A program made the translations under genes and the position numbers. The notes beneath the pieces were generated by a model, which saw only the letters and a program-made list of their open reading frames with translations, searched no databases and was not told the DNA's origin. From contig CAVPCT010000006.1 in NCBI GenBank assembly GCA_963702475.1, positions 313,709 through 377,708 of the forward strand: a stretch of 64,000 nt of DNA. Reading direction: 5' to 3'. Origin of the DNA: an uncultured Thermoleophilia bacterium. Its GTDB lineage: Bacteria; Actinomycetota; Thermoleophilia; UBA2241. Positions 21,393-32,117 of the stretch are shown here, in pieces. Position 1 is the first letter of the stretch. Each line of letters opens with the position of its first letter.

Positions 21393-22520
21393 GTGCGCAT
21401 CGAACCGTTCTTCGTCGAGCAGTGGATGAACGCCCACGAGACCACGGCCACGTGGAACATCGCCGAGACGTGTGTGCACTCGCTGACCCTCGAGGCGCTG
21501 CTCGAGCTCAGTGGCGACGCCGACGGCGTGCTGCGTCGCCTGCGCGAGACCAGGCTCGGGTACGGGGACATCGTCGGCTCGCCGCGGCTGCGCGCCGCGA
21601 TAGCGGCGCTGTACGGCGAGCACATCGGTCCTGAGAACGTCCTCACGGCCAACGGGGCCATCGGCGCCAACTTCCTGGCGCTCTACGCGCTGGCGGAGCC
21701 GGGTACGTCGGTGGTCAGCGTACAACCCACGTACCAGCAGCTCTACTCAGTACCCGAAGCGCTCGGGGCGGAGGTGCACGCAGTGCGCCTGCGAGAAGCG
21801 GACGGCTACATGCCCGACATCGACGCGATCCGCGCAGCGTGCGACGCTCGTACGCGGCTCGTCATCCTGAACAACCCCAACAATCCGACCGGCGCCCTCA
21901 TCGACGAGCCGTCGCTTAGCGAGATCGTCGAGGTGGCGCGAGAACATGACGCCTGGCTGTTCTGCGACGAGGTCTACCGGCGTCTGGAGCACGAGCCGGG
22001 GACGACGGCTCCGTCGGTGGCCGACCTGTACGAGAAGGGCGTCAGCAGCGGCAGCATGAGCAAGAGCTACTCGCTGGCCGGCCTGCGCACGGGCTGGGTG
22101 GCCGGCCCGCAGGAGCTCATCGAGCGCTGTCTCGAGGTGCGCGACTACACCACGATCAGCGCGGGGGTGCTGGACGACGCTCTGGCGGCCGTCGCTCTCG
22201 AGCACATCGACGCGGTCCTCGCGCGCAGCTTGGCGATCGTGCGCGGCAACCTGGCGGTCGTGGATGCGTGGGTGGCAAGCGAGCCGCGGCTGCGCTACGT
22301 GCGGCCGCGGGCCGGCACCACGGCGCTCGTGAGGTACGAGCACGACATCCCGTCGGTCACGTTCTGCCAGGAGCTGTTCGACCTCAACGGCGCCTTCGTG
22401 GTGCCCGGCGCCGCCTTCGGCGAGGAGCACTCGTTCAGGCTGGGCTACGCCTGCGCCCGCGAGACGCTCGAGGGCGGTCTGGCGGCGGTGTCGGCGTACC
22501 TGCGGAGGCAGGAGGGCTGA
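21393..22520 (+). CDS. PLP aminotransferase class I/II
   Basis: NNPNNPTG, DEVYR and SMSKSYSLAGLRTGW. Confidence 0.92.
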   Translation: MRIEPFFVEQWMNAHETTATWNIAETCVHSLTLEALLELSGDADGVLRRLRETRLGYGDIVGSPRLRAAIAALYGEHIGPENVLTANGAIGANFLALYALAEPGTSVVSVQPTYQQLYSVPEALGAEVHAVRLREADGYMPDIDAIRAACDARTRLVILNNPNNPTGALIDEPSLSEIVEVAREHDAWLFCDEVYRRLEHEPGTTAPSVADLYEKGVSSGSMSKSYSLAGLRTGWVAGPQELIERCLEVRDYTTISAGVLDDALAAVALEHIDAVLARSLAIVRGNLAVVDAWVASEPRLRYVRPRAGTTALVRYEHDIPSVTFCQELFDLNGAFVVPGAAFGEEHSFRLGYACARETLEGGLAAVSAYLRRQEG

Positions 22521-22760
22521 GGGCCGGACCGAGTTGTGGCTCCGGAGCTGTGAGTCTTCGTGGTCATCGGGCCGCTCCCTCTCTCGCCAGGCCGTGCGGT
22601 GCCGTGCTGGGCACCCTGTCTCGATCTGACTGTAGGGCCCCGTCCCTCGGCAGTGACTCACCCGCACGAGGTGAAGTGGACGATGGCGCCGTCGGCACAG
22701 GCTGCCGCAGCCACCGGCCTCCGGCCACGGGTCCGCACGGCCGGGTAAGATGGGCGGGAC

Positions 22761-23171
22761 ATGGATCCCGGGACTCAACCGCGTGGGAACGGCGCCGACA
22801 CCAACGGATGTGGCGGGTCGGGTGCGGCGAGCGACGACTCGGCGCCGCGCAGGACCTGGCTCGCCGCGGAGCGTACGTATCTCGCCTGGGTCCGCACGGC
22901 GCTCGGGGCGCTCGGCATGGCCCTCGCGGTAGGGCGCCTGCTGCCCGCGCTGGCCGACGTCTCTCACGTGGCCTTCGGCCTGTTGGGCGCCGCGTACGGG
23001 GTCTTCGGCGTGCTCCTGCTCCTGTTCGCCGCGCACCGCGCCCGCGGCGTGCGGGGCGCGCTCGCCGCGCAGGAACAGCTGCCCGAGCACGGCTGGACCA
23101 TGACCGCCGTCACCGTCTTCGGTCTGGTCCTCGCCGTGCTCACCATCGCGCTCATCGTCGTGGAGATTTGA
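22761..23171 (+). CDS. DUF202/YidH-family membrane protein
   Basis: RTWLAAERTYLAWVRT motif and three TM helices. Confidence 0.88.
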   Translation: MDPGTQPRGNGADTNGCGGSGAASDDSAPRRTWLAAERTYLAWVRTALGALGMALAVGRLLPALADVSHVAFGLLGAAYGVFGVLLLLFAAHRARGVRGALAAQEQLPEHGWTMTAVTVFGLVLAVLTIALIVVEI

Positions 23172-23214
23172 GCCTGAAGGCCGGCGACCGCCGTCGGCAG
23201 GGGGAGGGGATCGC

Positions 23215-25479
23215 GTGAAGCGGTACGCTGCGTCGCGGGAGCAGGTCGTCGCGCTGTGTCGCGGTCTGCTTGAGCGCGGCTATCTCAAGGCCACGGAGGG
23301 CAACGTCTCGGTGCGCGTGCCCGGCGAGGACGCCTTCGCCATCACGCCGTCCAACTACGACTACGCCATCATGCACGCGGAGGACATCTGCGTCCTCGAC
23401 CACGACCTCAAACGGCTCGAGGGCGCCATGAAGGCGTCCATCGAGGCCGGTATGCACGCCGCGGTGTACGCGCGCCGCGACGACGTGAACGCCATCATCC
23501 ACACGCACCAGCCCTACGCCAGCGCGCTCGCCCTTGTGCGGCGCCCCATCCCCGCGCTGTTCGACGAGCAGGTGCGCTTCCTGGGGCGCTCCGTGGAGAT
23601 CGTGGACTACGCGCCGTCGGGCACATCGTTCCTGCGCAAGAACGTGGAGAAGGCCGTGGGGAGCAACGCCAACGCGTACATCCTCGCCAACCACGGCGTG
23701 CTGGTGCTGGGGGGCGACCCGGAGCGCGCCGCCTTCAATATGGCGTTGCTCGAGAAGGTCGCCCTGGACTACCTCCTGGCGCTGATGACGGACGAGAAGG
23801 TGCGCAAGGTGCCGGCGCCGATCCGCGAGGTGGCGTTCGGCAGGCTGCGCAAGGACGAGAAGAGGCTCAGGAAGCAGCTCGAGGCCGCCCGGGAGGCGGC
23901 CGCTCAGGAGGAGGGTGCGGCGGCAGACGAAGCGGCGGCGCGGGCGGAGACGGCCGCGCCTGAGGCCGTCCCGGCCGGGAAGGAGGCCGGCGCTGCGGGG
24001 CCGGGCGAAGCCCGGCTGACCGGCGCCCAGCTCGCCGGCTACGCCATCGGGGCGTACCCGGACGTCGAGGACGTCTACGCGCGCCTCGACGCGCTCGTGC
24101 GGCAGCCCATCCGCCCGCTCAGGCGTGACGCCATGGCGGAGGCGCTCGACCACTACGAGACGAAGTGCCGCCGCAGCCGGGAGCTCACCGACGAAGCGGG
24201 TGAGCTCATCCCCGGCGGCGTCCAGCACAACCTCGCCTTCAACTACCCCTTCCCGCTCGCCATCGAGCGGGCTGAGGGCGCCCACCTCTGGGATGTCGAC
24301 GGCAACCGCTACATCGACTTCCTCCAGGCCGGCGGGCCGACCGTGCTCGGCAGCAACTACCGGCCGCTCCGGGAGAAGGTCGCCGAGGTCGTGGCCGCCT
24401 CCGGCCCGGTCACCGGGCTGTTCCACGAGTACGAGCTCAAGTTGGCCGAGCTCGTGCACCGCCTGGTGCCGGCTTGCGAGCAGTTCCGCATGCTCGGCTC
24501 CGGCACCGAGAGCGTGATGGCCGCCGTGCGCGCCGCGCGCGCGTTCACCGGCAACAAGTGGGTCGTCAAGGTCGGCGGCGCCTACCACGGCTGGAGCGAC
24601 CAGATGGTGTACGGCCTGCACGTGCCCGGCACTTGGCGGTTCGAGGCCAAGGGCATACCGTTCGGGGCGACGGCGCTGACGCGTGAGGTCTTTCCGAACG
24701 ACCTCAAAGCGCTGCGCCGCAAGCTCCGGGAGAACAAGGCCCTGGGAGGGACCGCAGCCGTCATCGTGGAGCCGGTCGGGCCCGAGAGTGGCACGCGCCC
24801 GGTGCCGTTCGGCTTCAACGCTGCCGTGCGCAAGCTGTGCGACGAGTTCGGCGCGCTCCTCATCTTCGACGAGGTCGTCACCGGCTTCCGCCTCGGCCTG
24901 GGCGGGGCGCAGGGCTACTTCGGCGTGCGCCCCGATCTCACGATCTTCGGCAAGTGCATCACGGGTGGGTATCCCATGGCCGGCGGCGTGGGCGGGCGGC
25001 GCGACGTGATGGCGAGCTTCGCCTCCGGCATCGGCGGCAGGAGCGGCGAGTGCGCCTACGTGGGCGGCACCCTGAGCGCCAATCCGCTGAGCTGCGCCGC
25101 CGGCTACTTCGCCATCACCGAGATGGAGCGCACCAACGCGCCGGCGCTCGCAGGCGTCGCCGGCGACCGGCTCACGGCCGGGCTCCAGGACATCATCCGG
25201 CGCCACCGGCTGCCGTTCGTCGCGTACAACCAGGGGTCCATCGTCCACCTCGAGACGTCGGGCGTGATGCTGCTCGACCTCAGGCACCCGCTGCGCTTCG
25301 CGAAGGAGATGAAGCCGCGTAAGCACATGCTCGAGGAGATGGGCGCGGCCTACGCGGCCGCCGGCATCGTCACGCTGGCCGGGTCGCGCATGTACACGTC
25401 GATGGCCGACACCGACGAGGTGATCGACGACGCGCTCGAGCGCTTCGAGCAGGTGCTCTCACGGGTCGAGGGCGTCTGA
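23215..25479 (+). CDS. Fusion: class II aldolase/adducin domain + class III (GSA-like) aminotransferase
   Basis: N-terminal EGNVS, HTHQPY and NHG; Ala/Glu linker; C-terminal LWDVDGNRYID, SGTE, FDEVVTGFR, FGK and GGTLSANP. Confidence 0.88.
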   Translation: MKRYAASREQVVALCRGLLERGYLKATEGNVSVRVPGEDAFAITPSNYDYAIMHAEDICVLDHDLKRLEGAMKASIEAGMHAAVYARRDDVNAIIHTHQPYASALALVRRPIPALFDEQVRFLGRSVEIVDYAPSGTSFLRKNVEKAVGSNANAYILANHGVLVLGGDPERAAFNMALLEKVALDYLLALMTDEKVRKVPAPIREVAFGRLRKDEKRLRKQLEAAREAAAQEEGAAADEAAARAETAAPEAVPAGKEAGAAGPGEARLTGAQLAGYAIGAYPDVEDVYARLDALVRQPIRPLRRDAMAEALDHYETKCRRSRELTDEAGELIPGGVQHNLAFNYPFPLAIERAEGAHLWDVDGNRYIDFLQAGGPTVLGSNYRPLREKVAEVVAASGPVTGLFHEYELKLAELVHRLVPACEQFRMLGSGTESVMAAVRAARAFTGNKWVVKVGGAYHGWSDQMVYGLHVPGTWRFEAKGIPFGATALTREVFPNDLKALRRKLRENKALGGTAAVIVEPVGPESGTRPVPFGFNAAVRKLCDEFGALLIFDEVVTGFRLGLGGAQGYFGVRPDLTIFGKCITGGYPMAGGVGGRRDVMASFASGIGGRSGECAYVGGTLSANPLSCAAGYFAITEMERTNAPALAGVAGDRLTAGLQDIIRRHRLPFVAYNQGSIVHLETSGVMLLDLRHPLRFAKEMKPRKHMLEEMGAAYAAAGIVTLAGSRMYTSMADTDEVIDDALERFEQVLSRVEGV

Positions 25480-25533
25480 GGCCGAGGGCCGGCCGGGCCG
25501 GATTCGCCCGCCGGCCCGCTTTCGACCGCCGGC

Positions 25534-26043
25534 TCACCACCGCTCGTACTTGACGAGCTCGTCGAGGGGCCGGCGGCTGGTCTGCGCCCGGTCCTTGTCG
25601 GGGTAGCCGAGCGGCGTGAAGGCCAGCGGCTGCACGTCGGCGGGCAGCCCGAGCACCTCGCGCGCCGCGTCCGGGTCGAAGGCGGCGATCCAGCAGGTCC
25701 CCAGGCCGAGCGCCGTCGCCGCCAGCACGAGGTGGTCCATGGCGATGGTGGCATCCACCTCGTCGTAGGGCTTGTCGTCCATGCGCCGCCAGGCCTCACC
25801 GGGCACGGCCACGAAGGCGAGCACCAGCGGCGCCTGCGTGAACCAGCGGCGCCCGTAGACACGCCCGAGCTCTTCCTCCCGTCCCGCGGTGTGTGCCACG
25901 ACGATGCGAAACGGCTGCCGGTTGGCCGCGGTCGGCGCCTGCCGCGCGGCCTCCAGTACCTTTGTCAGGTCCTCGTCGCTCACCGGGTCGGGCTTGTAGC
26001 CCCGCACGCTGTAGCGGTCTCTGATGGCCGTGAACACGTCCAC
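25534..26043 (-). CDS. Nitroreductase-family protein
   Basis: RYSVRGY, APTAANRQP and GLGTCWI. Confidence 0.92.
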   Translation of the reverse strand: MDVFTAIRDRYSVRGYKPDPVSDEDLTKVLEAARQAPTAANRQPFRIVVAHTAGREEELGRVYGRRWFTQAPLVLAFVAVPGEAWRRMDDKPYDEVDATIAMDHLVLAATALGLGTCWIAAFDPDAAREVLGLPADVQPLAFTPLGYPDKDRAQTSRRPLDELVKYERW

Positions 26044-26200
26044 GTGTCCCTCCCGCGTCGGTCGGTGGTGCCCTTCGCGTGCAGCCTACCCGTGCGCGAG
26101 CGAACGCGCTCCTCGAGAGAACCCCGGGCCGGCGCGCCGGACGCCTGTCCGGGGTCGGGGTTGCAGGGCCGGGGTCGGGCGTCGTGAACTACTCGGTGTG

Positions 26201-27154
26201 ATGGACGACGACCTGTTCAGCGGCAGCGGCACGCGCCCGGCCCGCCGGGAGGAGCGCCGCGCGCGGCTTCGCAGGCGGCGTCTTATCGCGCTGCTGGCCG
26301 TGCTGCTGGGCGCCGCCGCCGTGGCGGCCGTGTTGTTCGCCACGGGGCGCGTTCCCGGCGTCGCCTCGGGCGCCCCGGTCGTGAGCGCCGGCGAAGAGCA
26401 GGGCGGCGGCGGGCCTGCGGAGGCCGCCGCCCCGTCCGTCGCGGCGTCCCCGGTCGTCTCGTCTTCCCCGGCCCTCGTCTCCCCGTCGGTCTCGCCTTCG
26501 GCCGCGCCCACGCCGGAGCCGCCGCCGCTCGACAAGCCCACCAGCAAGGATCCCTACCGTGTGTACTTCGGCGGCGACTCCCTGGCCGGCCTGCCCGGGG
26601 AGCTCTTCGCCATCCTGGGGCGCAAGAACAGGCTCGTGAAGGTGCGCACCGACTACCAGGTGTCGTCCCGGCTCACCGATCCGGACCCCGTCGACTGGCC
26701 GGACCACCTGCGAGCGCAGCTCCGGACGCACGATCCGGAGCTGGGCGTCTTCATGATCGGCGTCAACGACCCCGGCATGCCGATGGTGGCTGAAGGGGAG
26801 TTCACGATGTACCCCGAGAAGGCGTGGCTCGACGAGTACCAGCGCCGCGCCGATCGCCTCATGAAGCTGATGCTGCGCGAAGGGGTGCGGCGCGTGTACT
26901 GGATCGGCCTGCCGGTGATGCCGGAGAAGGGTCAGACCGACCAGATGAAGCGGCTCAACGCACTGTTCAAGGCCGCCGCCGCGAAGCACCCCGACGTGGT
27001 GTACGTGGACACGTTCGACCTTCTCAAGGACAGGAGGGGACGGTTCGACGCATCGGTGCGCAGTGGTGACGGTGTGCACTTCACGAACGAGGGCGCCGGG
27101 CGTATCGTCGACGCGGTGTGGGAGGCCATGAAGCGGGACTGGCGCACGCCGTGA
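26201..27154 (+). CDS. DUF459/SGNH-family membrane-anchored protein
   Basis: TM helix, GGDSL, IGVND and DGVHF catalytic motifs. Confidence 0.85.
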   Translation: MDDDLFSGSGTRPARREERRARLRRRRLIALLAVLLGAAAVAAVLFATGRVPGVASGAPVVSAGEEQGGGGPAEAAAPSVAASPVVSSSPALVSPSVSPSAAPTPEPPPLDKPTSKDPYRVYFGGDSLAGLPGELFAILGRKNRLVKVRTDYQVSSRLTDPDPVDWPDHLRAQLRTHDPELGVFMIGVNDPGMPMVAEGEFTMYPEKAWLDEYQRRADRLMKLMLREGVRRVYWIGLPVMPEKGQTDQMKRLNALFKAAAAKHPDVVYVDTFDLLKDRRGRFDASVRSGDGVHFTNEGAGRIVDAVWEAMKRDWRTP

Positions 27155-27243
27155 CGCGCCGCGGCGGGGTCAGGTCCCCCGCCGGCCCGTCCGGAGGTCA
27201 AAGGCGCCAGTGAACGGGCCGATGCAGGGAGGACATCATCCCG

Positions 27244-27585
27244 GTGCCGGGGCGCCGCCGGGAGAACGCCGGCAAGGCCCGCCGTGAGGGGGAGCAGGTG
27301 AACGAGGGCGGACCGGCAGGAGACGCTCAGGAGCAGCGTACCGCGCTGTCGTGCGGCCGGATCCACGTCCTGTCGCTGGAGGACGACCCGGCCGACGAGA
27401 TCTCGCTAGAGGGCCGCAACCTGGCCGTGGCCGGCGTGCTGGAGGCCATGTCGTCGCACAGGCCATACCGCGCGGCCCTGGGCCTGGAGCCCGCCCTGGC
27501 GAAGATCCGCGATGGCTCGGGCCGGCTCTACGACACCGACGTCGTCACGGCCTGCGCCAAGGTGTTCGAGGAGGAGGGCTTCTAG
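27244..27585 (+). pseudogene. Remnant of a REC...HD-GYP phosphodiesterase
   Basis: IHVLSLEDDPAD (receiver beta1) is joined directly to EISLEGRNLAVAGVLEAMSSHRPYR..LYD (HD-GYP C-terminus). Confidence 0.75.
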
Positions 27586-27631
27586 TTCCAGGCGTGAGCG
27601 CTCCGCCGGCGCTCGGGGTACCATCACGAGC

Positions 27632-28861
27632 ATGGAATCTGTCTCCACGAGGCGACCCCGGCTCACCCGCGCGCAACGCCGCCGCCGCGCCCGCCTGCGC
27701 GGGCTCATCGCTCTCTGCGTGCTGGTCGCCGTGGCCGTGCTCGCCGCCATGGGCATCGCCCGCCTCGCCGGCGGGTCGCAGGCGGCGCCCGAGGCCTCTG
27801 CCGCGAGCGGCGCAGACGCCGGCGGCCGGGCGGTCACGACCGGGGAGACGTCGTCGGGCGGCTCCACGGCGGAGCCGTCGGCCGCCCCCTCTGCCGCCGG
27901 TCCCGTGCGCGTCGTGTCCGGCGGCGACGTGCTCACCGACCGCCAGGTCCGTGCGTACGCGTCGCAGTACGGCGCCGACGCCGTCTTCGCGGGCATCGCC
28001 CCGCAGCTCCAGGCCGGCGACGCCGCCTGGGTCAACCTCGAAGGGCCCGTCTCCAGCGTCGGCAGCCCGGCCGCCGGCAAGGACTACACGTTCGAGGGAC
28101 CGCCGGCCATGGCCGGCGCCCTGGCCGGCGCCGGCGTCGACGTCGTGACCGTAGCCAACAACCACGCCGTCGACTACGGACGCTCGGCGCTCAAGGACAC
28201 GGTCAAGAACCTCGAGGCTGCCGGGGTGCAGGTGGCCGGCGGCGGCAAGGACTTCGACGCGGCCCACTCCCCGGCGATCGTGGAGACGGCGGACGGCGTC
28301 AGGATCGGCTTCCTGGGCTACACCGACGTGATCTGGCCAGGCTTCGCAGCCACCGACACGCAGTGGGGCATCGCCGAGGCCGTCACCGACATGGCCCGGG
28401 TCAAGAAGGACGTGCGCGAGCTGGCGAAGCAGGTGGACTACGTGGTCGTCGGCTTCCACTGGGGGTACGAGTACGAGCACTACCCCATCGCCCAGCAGAC
28501 CTCGGAGGCGCACGCCGTGATCGACGCCGGCGCCGACCTCGTGATCGGGCACCACCCGCACGTGCTGCAAGGCTTCGAGACCTACCGCGGTGCGCTGATC
28601 GCCTACAGCCTGGGCGACCTGGTGTTCGACCACTACAGCGTGGAGACCGGCCAGACAGTTCTCGTGGACGCGGTTCTCACGCCGACGGGGGTCAAGGCCA
28701 CCCTCATCCCGGTGTACGTGTCGAGCGGCGGTATCCCGGAGGTCCAGCGCGGCTCCTCCGCGAAGACGATCCTGAACCTGGTCAAGGAGTACTCCAAGCC
28801 ACTGGACACGTACGTACGCATCAAGGGTGACGTCGCCACGGTGAAGGCCGGCAAGCCCTGA
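27632..28861 (+). CDS. CapA-family metallophosphoesterase
   Basis: GDV, NLE, ANNHAVDYG, HWGYE, GHHPH and YSLG; N-terminal TM. Confidence 0.92.
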   Translation: MESVSTRRPRLTRAQRRRRARLRGLIALCVLVAVAVLAAMGIARLAGGSQAAPEASAASGADAGGRAVTTGETSSGGSTAEPSAAPSAAGPVRVVSGGDVLTDRQVRAYASQYGADAVFAGIAPQLQAGDAAWVNLEGPVSSVGSPAAGKDYTFEGPPAMAGALAGAGVDVVTVANNHAVDYGRSALKDTVKNLEAAGVQVAGGGKDFDAAHSPAIVETADGVRIGFLGYTDVIWPGFAATDTQWGIAEAVTDMARVKKDVRELAKQVDYVVVGFHWGYEYEHYPIAQQTSEAHAVIDAGADLVIGHHPHVLQGFETYRGALIAYSLGDLVFDHYSVETGQTVLVDAVLTPTGVKATLIPVYVSSGGIPEVQRGSSAKTILNLVKEYSKPLDTYVRIKGDVATVKAGKP

Positions 28862-28964
28862 CGGCGGCCGGCGCCGGGATGCCGGCGCCGGGAACGGCTT
28901 CGGCCCGGGCTCCACGCACCGGCTTCGGGCCGGCCTGACCGGCGCCCTCGCCCGACGGGGCGTC

Positions 28965-29585
28965 TCAGCCGGCCGTCCAGGGGACGGTGGGCGGGCCGCC
29001 GGGCCCCAGACGGTCCGCCGAGACCACCGTCGAGCGCACCACCACGGTGCCGGCGGCCAGGTCGCCCAGGCGCTGCTTGCGCGGCGTCAGCCAGATGACC
29101 GAAGCGCCGAGCACGAAGCCCGCCGGCAGCCAGTCGACGGCCATGAGCGCGGTGCGGACGAGCGTGGCGACGATGCCGGGCCGCCGTCCGGACGTGGTGA
29201 GCACGCGCAGCCCGAAGACGCGCATCCCCAGCGTACGTCCCCAGATCGCCTGCGTGAGCCAGAAGTACAGAGGGACGGCGACGACGGCCAGGATCCACAG
29301 CGGCTGCGCCGTGGGCGACTCGGGCGTGACCTCGGAGAAGGACCCGGCGCCGACGAGCGCGAGGTACCAGGCCAGCGCCACCAGGAGCCAGACGACGAAC
29401 AGGAGGAGGCCGTCGACGACCACCGCCTGGGCGCGCGGCCAGACGCCCTGGCACACGCGCGCGCGGTCCAGCTCACCCCGCTTCATGGTCGCCTCGCCGG
29501 TGCGCGGGTCGGCGCCGCACTCGGTGCAGTACGGCGCCTGCGGCGACACGCGTGTCCCGCAGCGCGCGCAGCGGATGGTGTCCAC
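28965..29585 (-). CDS. RDD-family membrane protein with N-terminal zinc ribbon
   Basis: CARCG..CTECG, R-AVVVD, GRTLG and QRLGDLAAGTVVV. Confidence 0.88.
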   Translation of the reverse strand: MDTIRCARCGTRVSPQAPYCTECGADPRTGEATMKRGELDRARVCQGVWPRAQAVVVDGLLLFVVWLLVALAWYLALVGAGSFSEVTPESPTAQPLWILAVVAVPLYFWLTQAIWGRTLGMRVFGLRVLTTSGRRPGIVATLVRTALMAVDWLPAGFVLGASVIWLTPRKQRLGDLAAGTVVVRSTVVSADRLGPGGPPTVPWTAG

Positions 29586-29881
29586 GGAGCCCCCTCTCTC
29601 GGACGCGACGGCCCTCCCTCGGGCCATCCGGCCCGGTGCCCGGCCGCAGTGAGTGTAGCAGGACGGCGGCCGGCCCCGCTCCCACTCGGGGCGATAGAAT
29701 CGGGCCGTCCCATCCCGCGGAGCGGCTGCGGGACGGCCCGCCCACGTGAGGAGCCCGCCATGCGCCCAGCCAGACGCCCGCACGCCGCGCGGCGGCTCTC
29801 GCCGAGAGCGTCCGCGGCGCCGGTCACGGCGGGGGCGGGACGCTGGTCGCCATGAGGCGCGCCTGCGTCCCGGGCGAAGGC

Positions 29882-31066
29882 ATGAGCCGCGCCCTGGTGC
29901 TCCTCTTCGCCGTCGCCACGGGCCAGGCTGTGGCCAGCAACTACCTGGCGCAGCCGCTCCTCGACGTCATCAGCCGGGAGTTCCACATCTCGAGCGGCGT
30001 GGCCGGTCTCGTCGTGACCTCTGCCCAGGTGGGCTACGCCCTCGGGCTCATCCTCCTGCTGCCGCTGGGCGACCTGCTGGAGCGAAGGCGGCTCATCACG
30101 GTGCTGGCGGCGATCACGGCGACAGGCCTGGCCGCCGCCGCCTTCTCCCCCTCGGTCGCCGTGTTCCTCCCTGCGGTCGGCATTGTCGGCTTCACGTCGG
30201 TGATGGCGCAGATCCTGGTGCCCTTCGCGGCCACTCTCTCGGATCCCGCTTCGCGCGGCAGAGTGGTGGGCACCGTCATGAGCGGCCTGCTGCTGGGCAT
30301 CCTCCTGGCGCGGACCGCCTCCGGCCTCATCGCGCAGGTCGCCGGCTGGCGTGGCGTCTACGTCATCTTCGCGGTGCTCATGGTGGCGCAGATGGTGACC
30401 CTGTGGACGGTGCTGCCCACCTATCGGGCCGACGTGAAGCTCGGCTACGGCCGTCTGCTGGGTTCGGTCGTCGTCCTCGCCCGGCAGGAGCCGGTGCTGC
30501 GCCTGCGTGCCTTGTTCGGCGTGGTCTCGTTCGCCTCGTTCAGCGTGCTCTGGACGGTGCTCGCGTTCCTCCTCTCCGGGCCGCCCTACAACTACAGCGA
30601 GGGCGTCATCGGCCTGTTCGGTCTGGTCGGAGCCGCAGGCGCCGCCACCGCCAGCGTGGTCGGGCGCTTCACGGACAGGGGCTGGGCGCGGGCGCTCACC
30701 GGCATCTCAGCGCTGCTTCTCCTGCTCGGCGTCGTGCTGCTGTGGCGAGGAGCCGTCTCGTTGCCGGCGCTGGTGGCCGGCGTGCTGGTGCTCGACGTCG
30801 GCTCCACCGGCCTGCACCTCAGCAATCAGAGCGAGATCTTCCGGATCAGGCCGGAGTCGCGCAGCCGGGTCAACGCCTTCTACATGACGAGTTGCTTCGT
30901 CGGGGCGGCCGGCGGCTCCGCCGTGGCCGCCCTCGTGTACGAGCGCTGGGCCTGGGACGGCGTCTGCGTGCTGGGCGCGGCCATCGCCCTGTTCGGCCTG
31001 GCGCTGTGGGCCTTCGGCCCGCGCCACTCGGCCGTCGCAGACGAGGCCGCCGCGCACGCCCGCTGA
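29882..31066 (+). CDS. MFS transporter
   Basis: SNYLAQPLL, PLGDLLERRRL motif A and about 12 TM segments. Confidence 0.92.
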   Translation: MSRALVLLFAVATGQAVASNYLAQPLLDVISREFHISSGVAGLVVTSAQVGYALGLILLLPLGDLLERRRLITVLAAITATGLAAAAFSPSVAVFLPAVGIVGFTSVMAQILVPFAATLSDPASRGRVVGTVMSGLLLGILLARTASGLIAQVAGWRGVYVIFAVLMVAQMVTLWTVLPTYRADVKLGYGRLLGSVVVLARQEPVLRLRALFGVVSFASFSVLWTVLAFLLSGPPYNYSEGVIGLFGLVGAAGAATASVVGRFTDRGWARALTGISALLLLLGVVLLWRGAVSLPALVAGVLVLDVGSTGLHLSNQSEIFRIRPESRSRVNAFYMTSCFVGAAGGSAVAALVYERWAWDGVCVLGAAIALFGLALWAFGPRHSAVADEAAAHAR

Positions 31067-31209
31067 CGGAGGCCGGCCTGTCCCGCACCGCGACGCTCAC
31101 GGATCGGCGCCGCTCGTTGCCGCGGCCTCCCCGGCGCGAGAGAATCCGGACGGCCACTCGCGCCGGACCGCCCGGCGAGCAGAGCCTGCAGCGAAGGAGA
31201 CAACGCACC

Positions 31210-32005
31210 ATGAGGTTCATCGACGCCCACCTGCACACCGACATGATCGAGGATGTCCAGCTCCAGAAGCTGGTGATGATGGGCATGGAGGCGGCGGTGA
31301 TCCCGAGCCCTCACATGTTCATCGGCACGCACGACGCCGACACCGTCCTGCAGCTGTGGGAGCGTTTCCTCACGATGGAGACGACGACGGCGAAGACCCT
31401 CGGCTACGAAGCGTTCACGTCCATCTCCGTCCCGTTCTTCGGGGTGAGCCGCGCCGACGCCGAGAGGTGCCTGGGACGCATGCCCGAGTTCCTGATGCAC
31501 GAGCGCGTCGTCGCCATGGGCGAGATCGGCCTGGACACAGGTACGGAGTTCGAGGAGTGGCTCTTCCGCGAGCACCTGCGGCTGGCCAAGGAGCACGACC
31601 TGCCGGTGATCCTGCACACCCCGATCCGCCTCGCGCCGCAGGGCCCCACCGTCACCCCGAGGGTGTACGAGATCATCGTGGAAGAGGGCTACCCCGTGGA
31701 GCGCTGCGTGTTCGACCACGCCGGCGAGGAGACCATGGAGTTCCGCATGAGCACCGGCGGCATGGTCGGTCTCAGCATCTGCTGGGACAAGATGCCGCCC
31801 GAGGTCGCCGCGCGCATGGTCATCGACCACCCGGAGTGGCGCGACCGCCTCATCATCAACTCCGAACTGGGTGGCATGGGCAACGACTACTTCATGGTGC
31901 CGCGCGTGCAGCTGGCCATGAAGCTCTTCGGGCTCGACAAGGAGACCATCGACCGGGTCTGCTTCCAGACGCCCGCGCGACTTCTTCTCCCTGCCCGTCG
32001 AGTGA
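31210..32005 (+). CDS. TatD-like metal-dependent hydrolase; apparent extra base near 31973
   Basis: FIDAHLH, AMGEIGLD, LPVILHT and DH; AAGGAG SD. A plausible end, PRDFFSLPVE*, is in the adjacent frame; as given the ORF ends at 32046. Confidence 0.85.
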
Positions 32006-32117
32006 CCGGCGCGGCGGGATCGACGTGTGGAGCGCAGACGGGCTGACTCCACGCATCGGGTCGACGCGCGGCGGGAGCGGCAAGCGCCGCGCGGCTGGCA
32101 CGGGCAGCGGCGGCCGG

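Noticed and set aside
27632-28861. Poly-gamma-glutamate capsule locus
   Set aside because: capB and capC are absent; lone CapA-family proteins are widespread.
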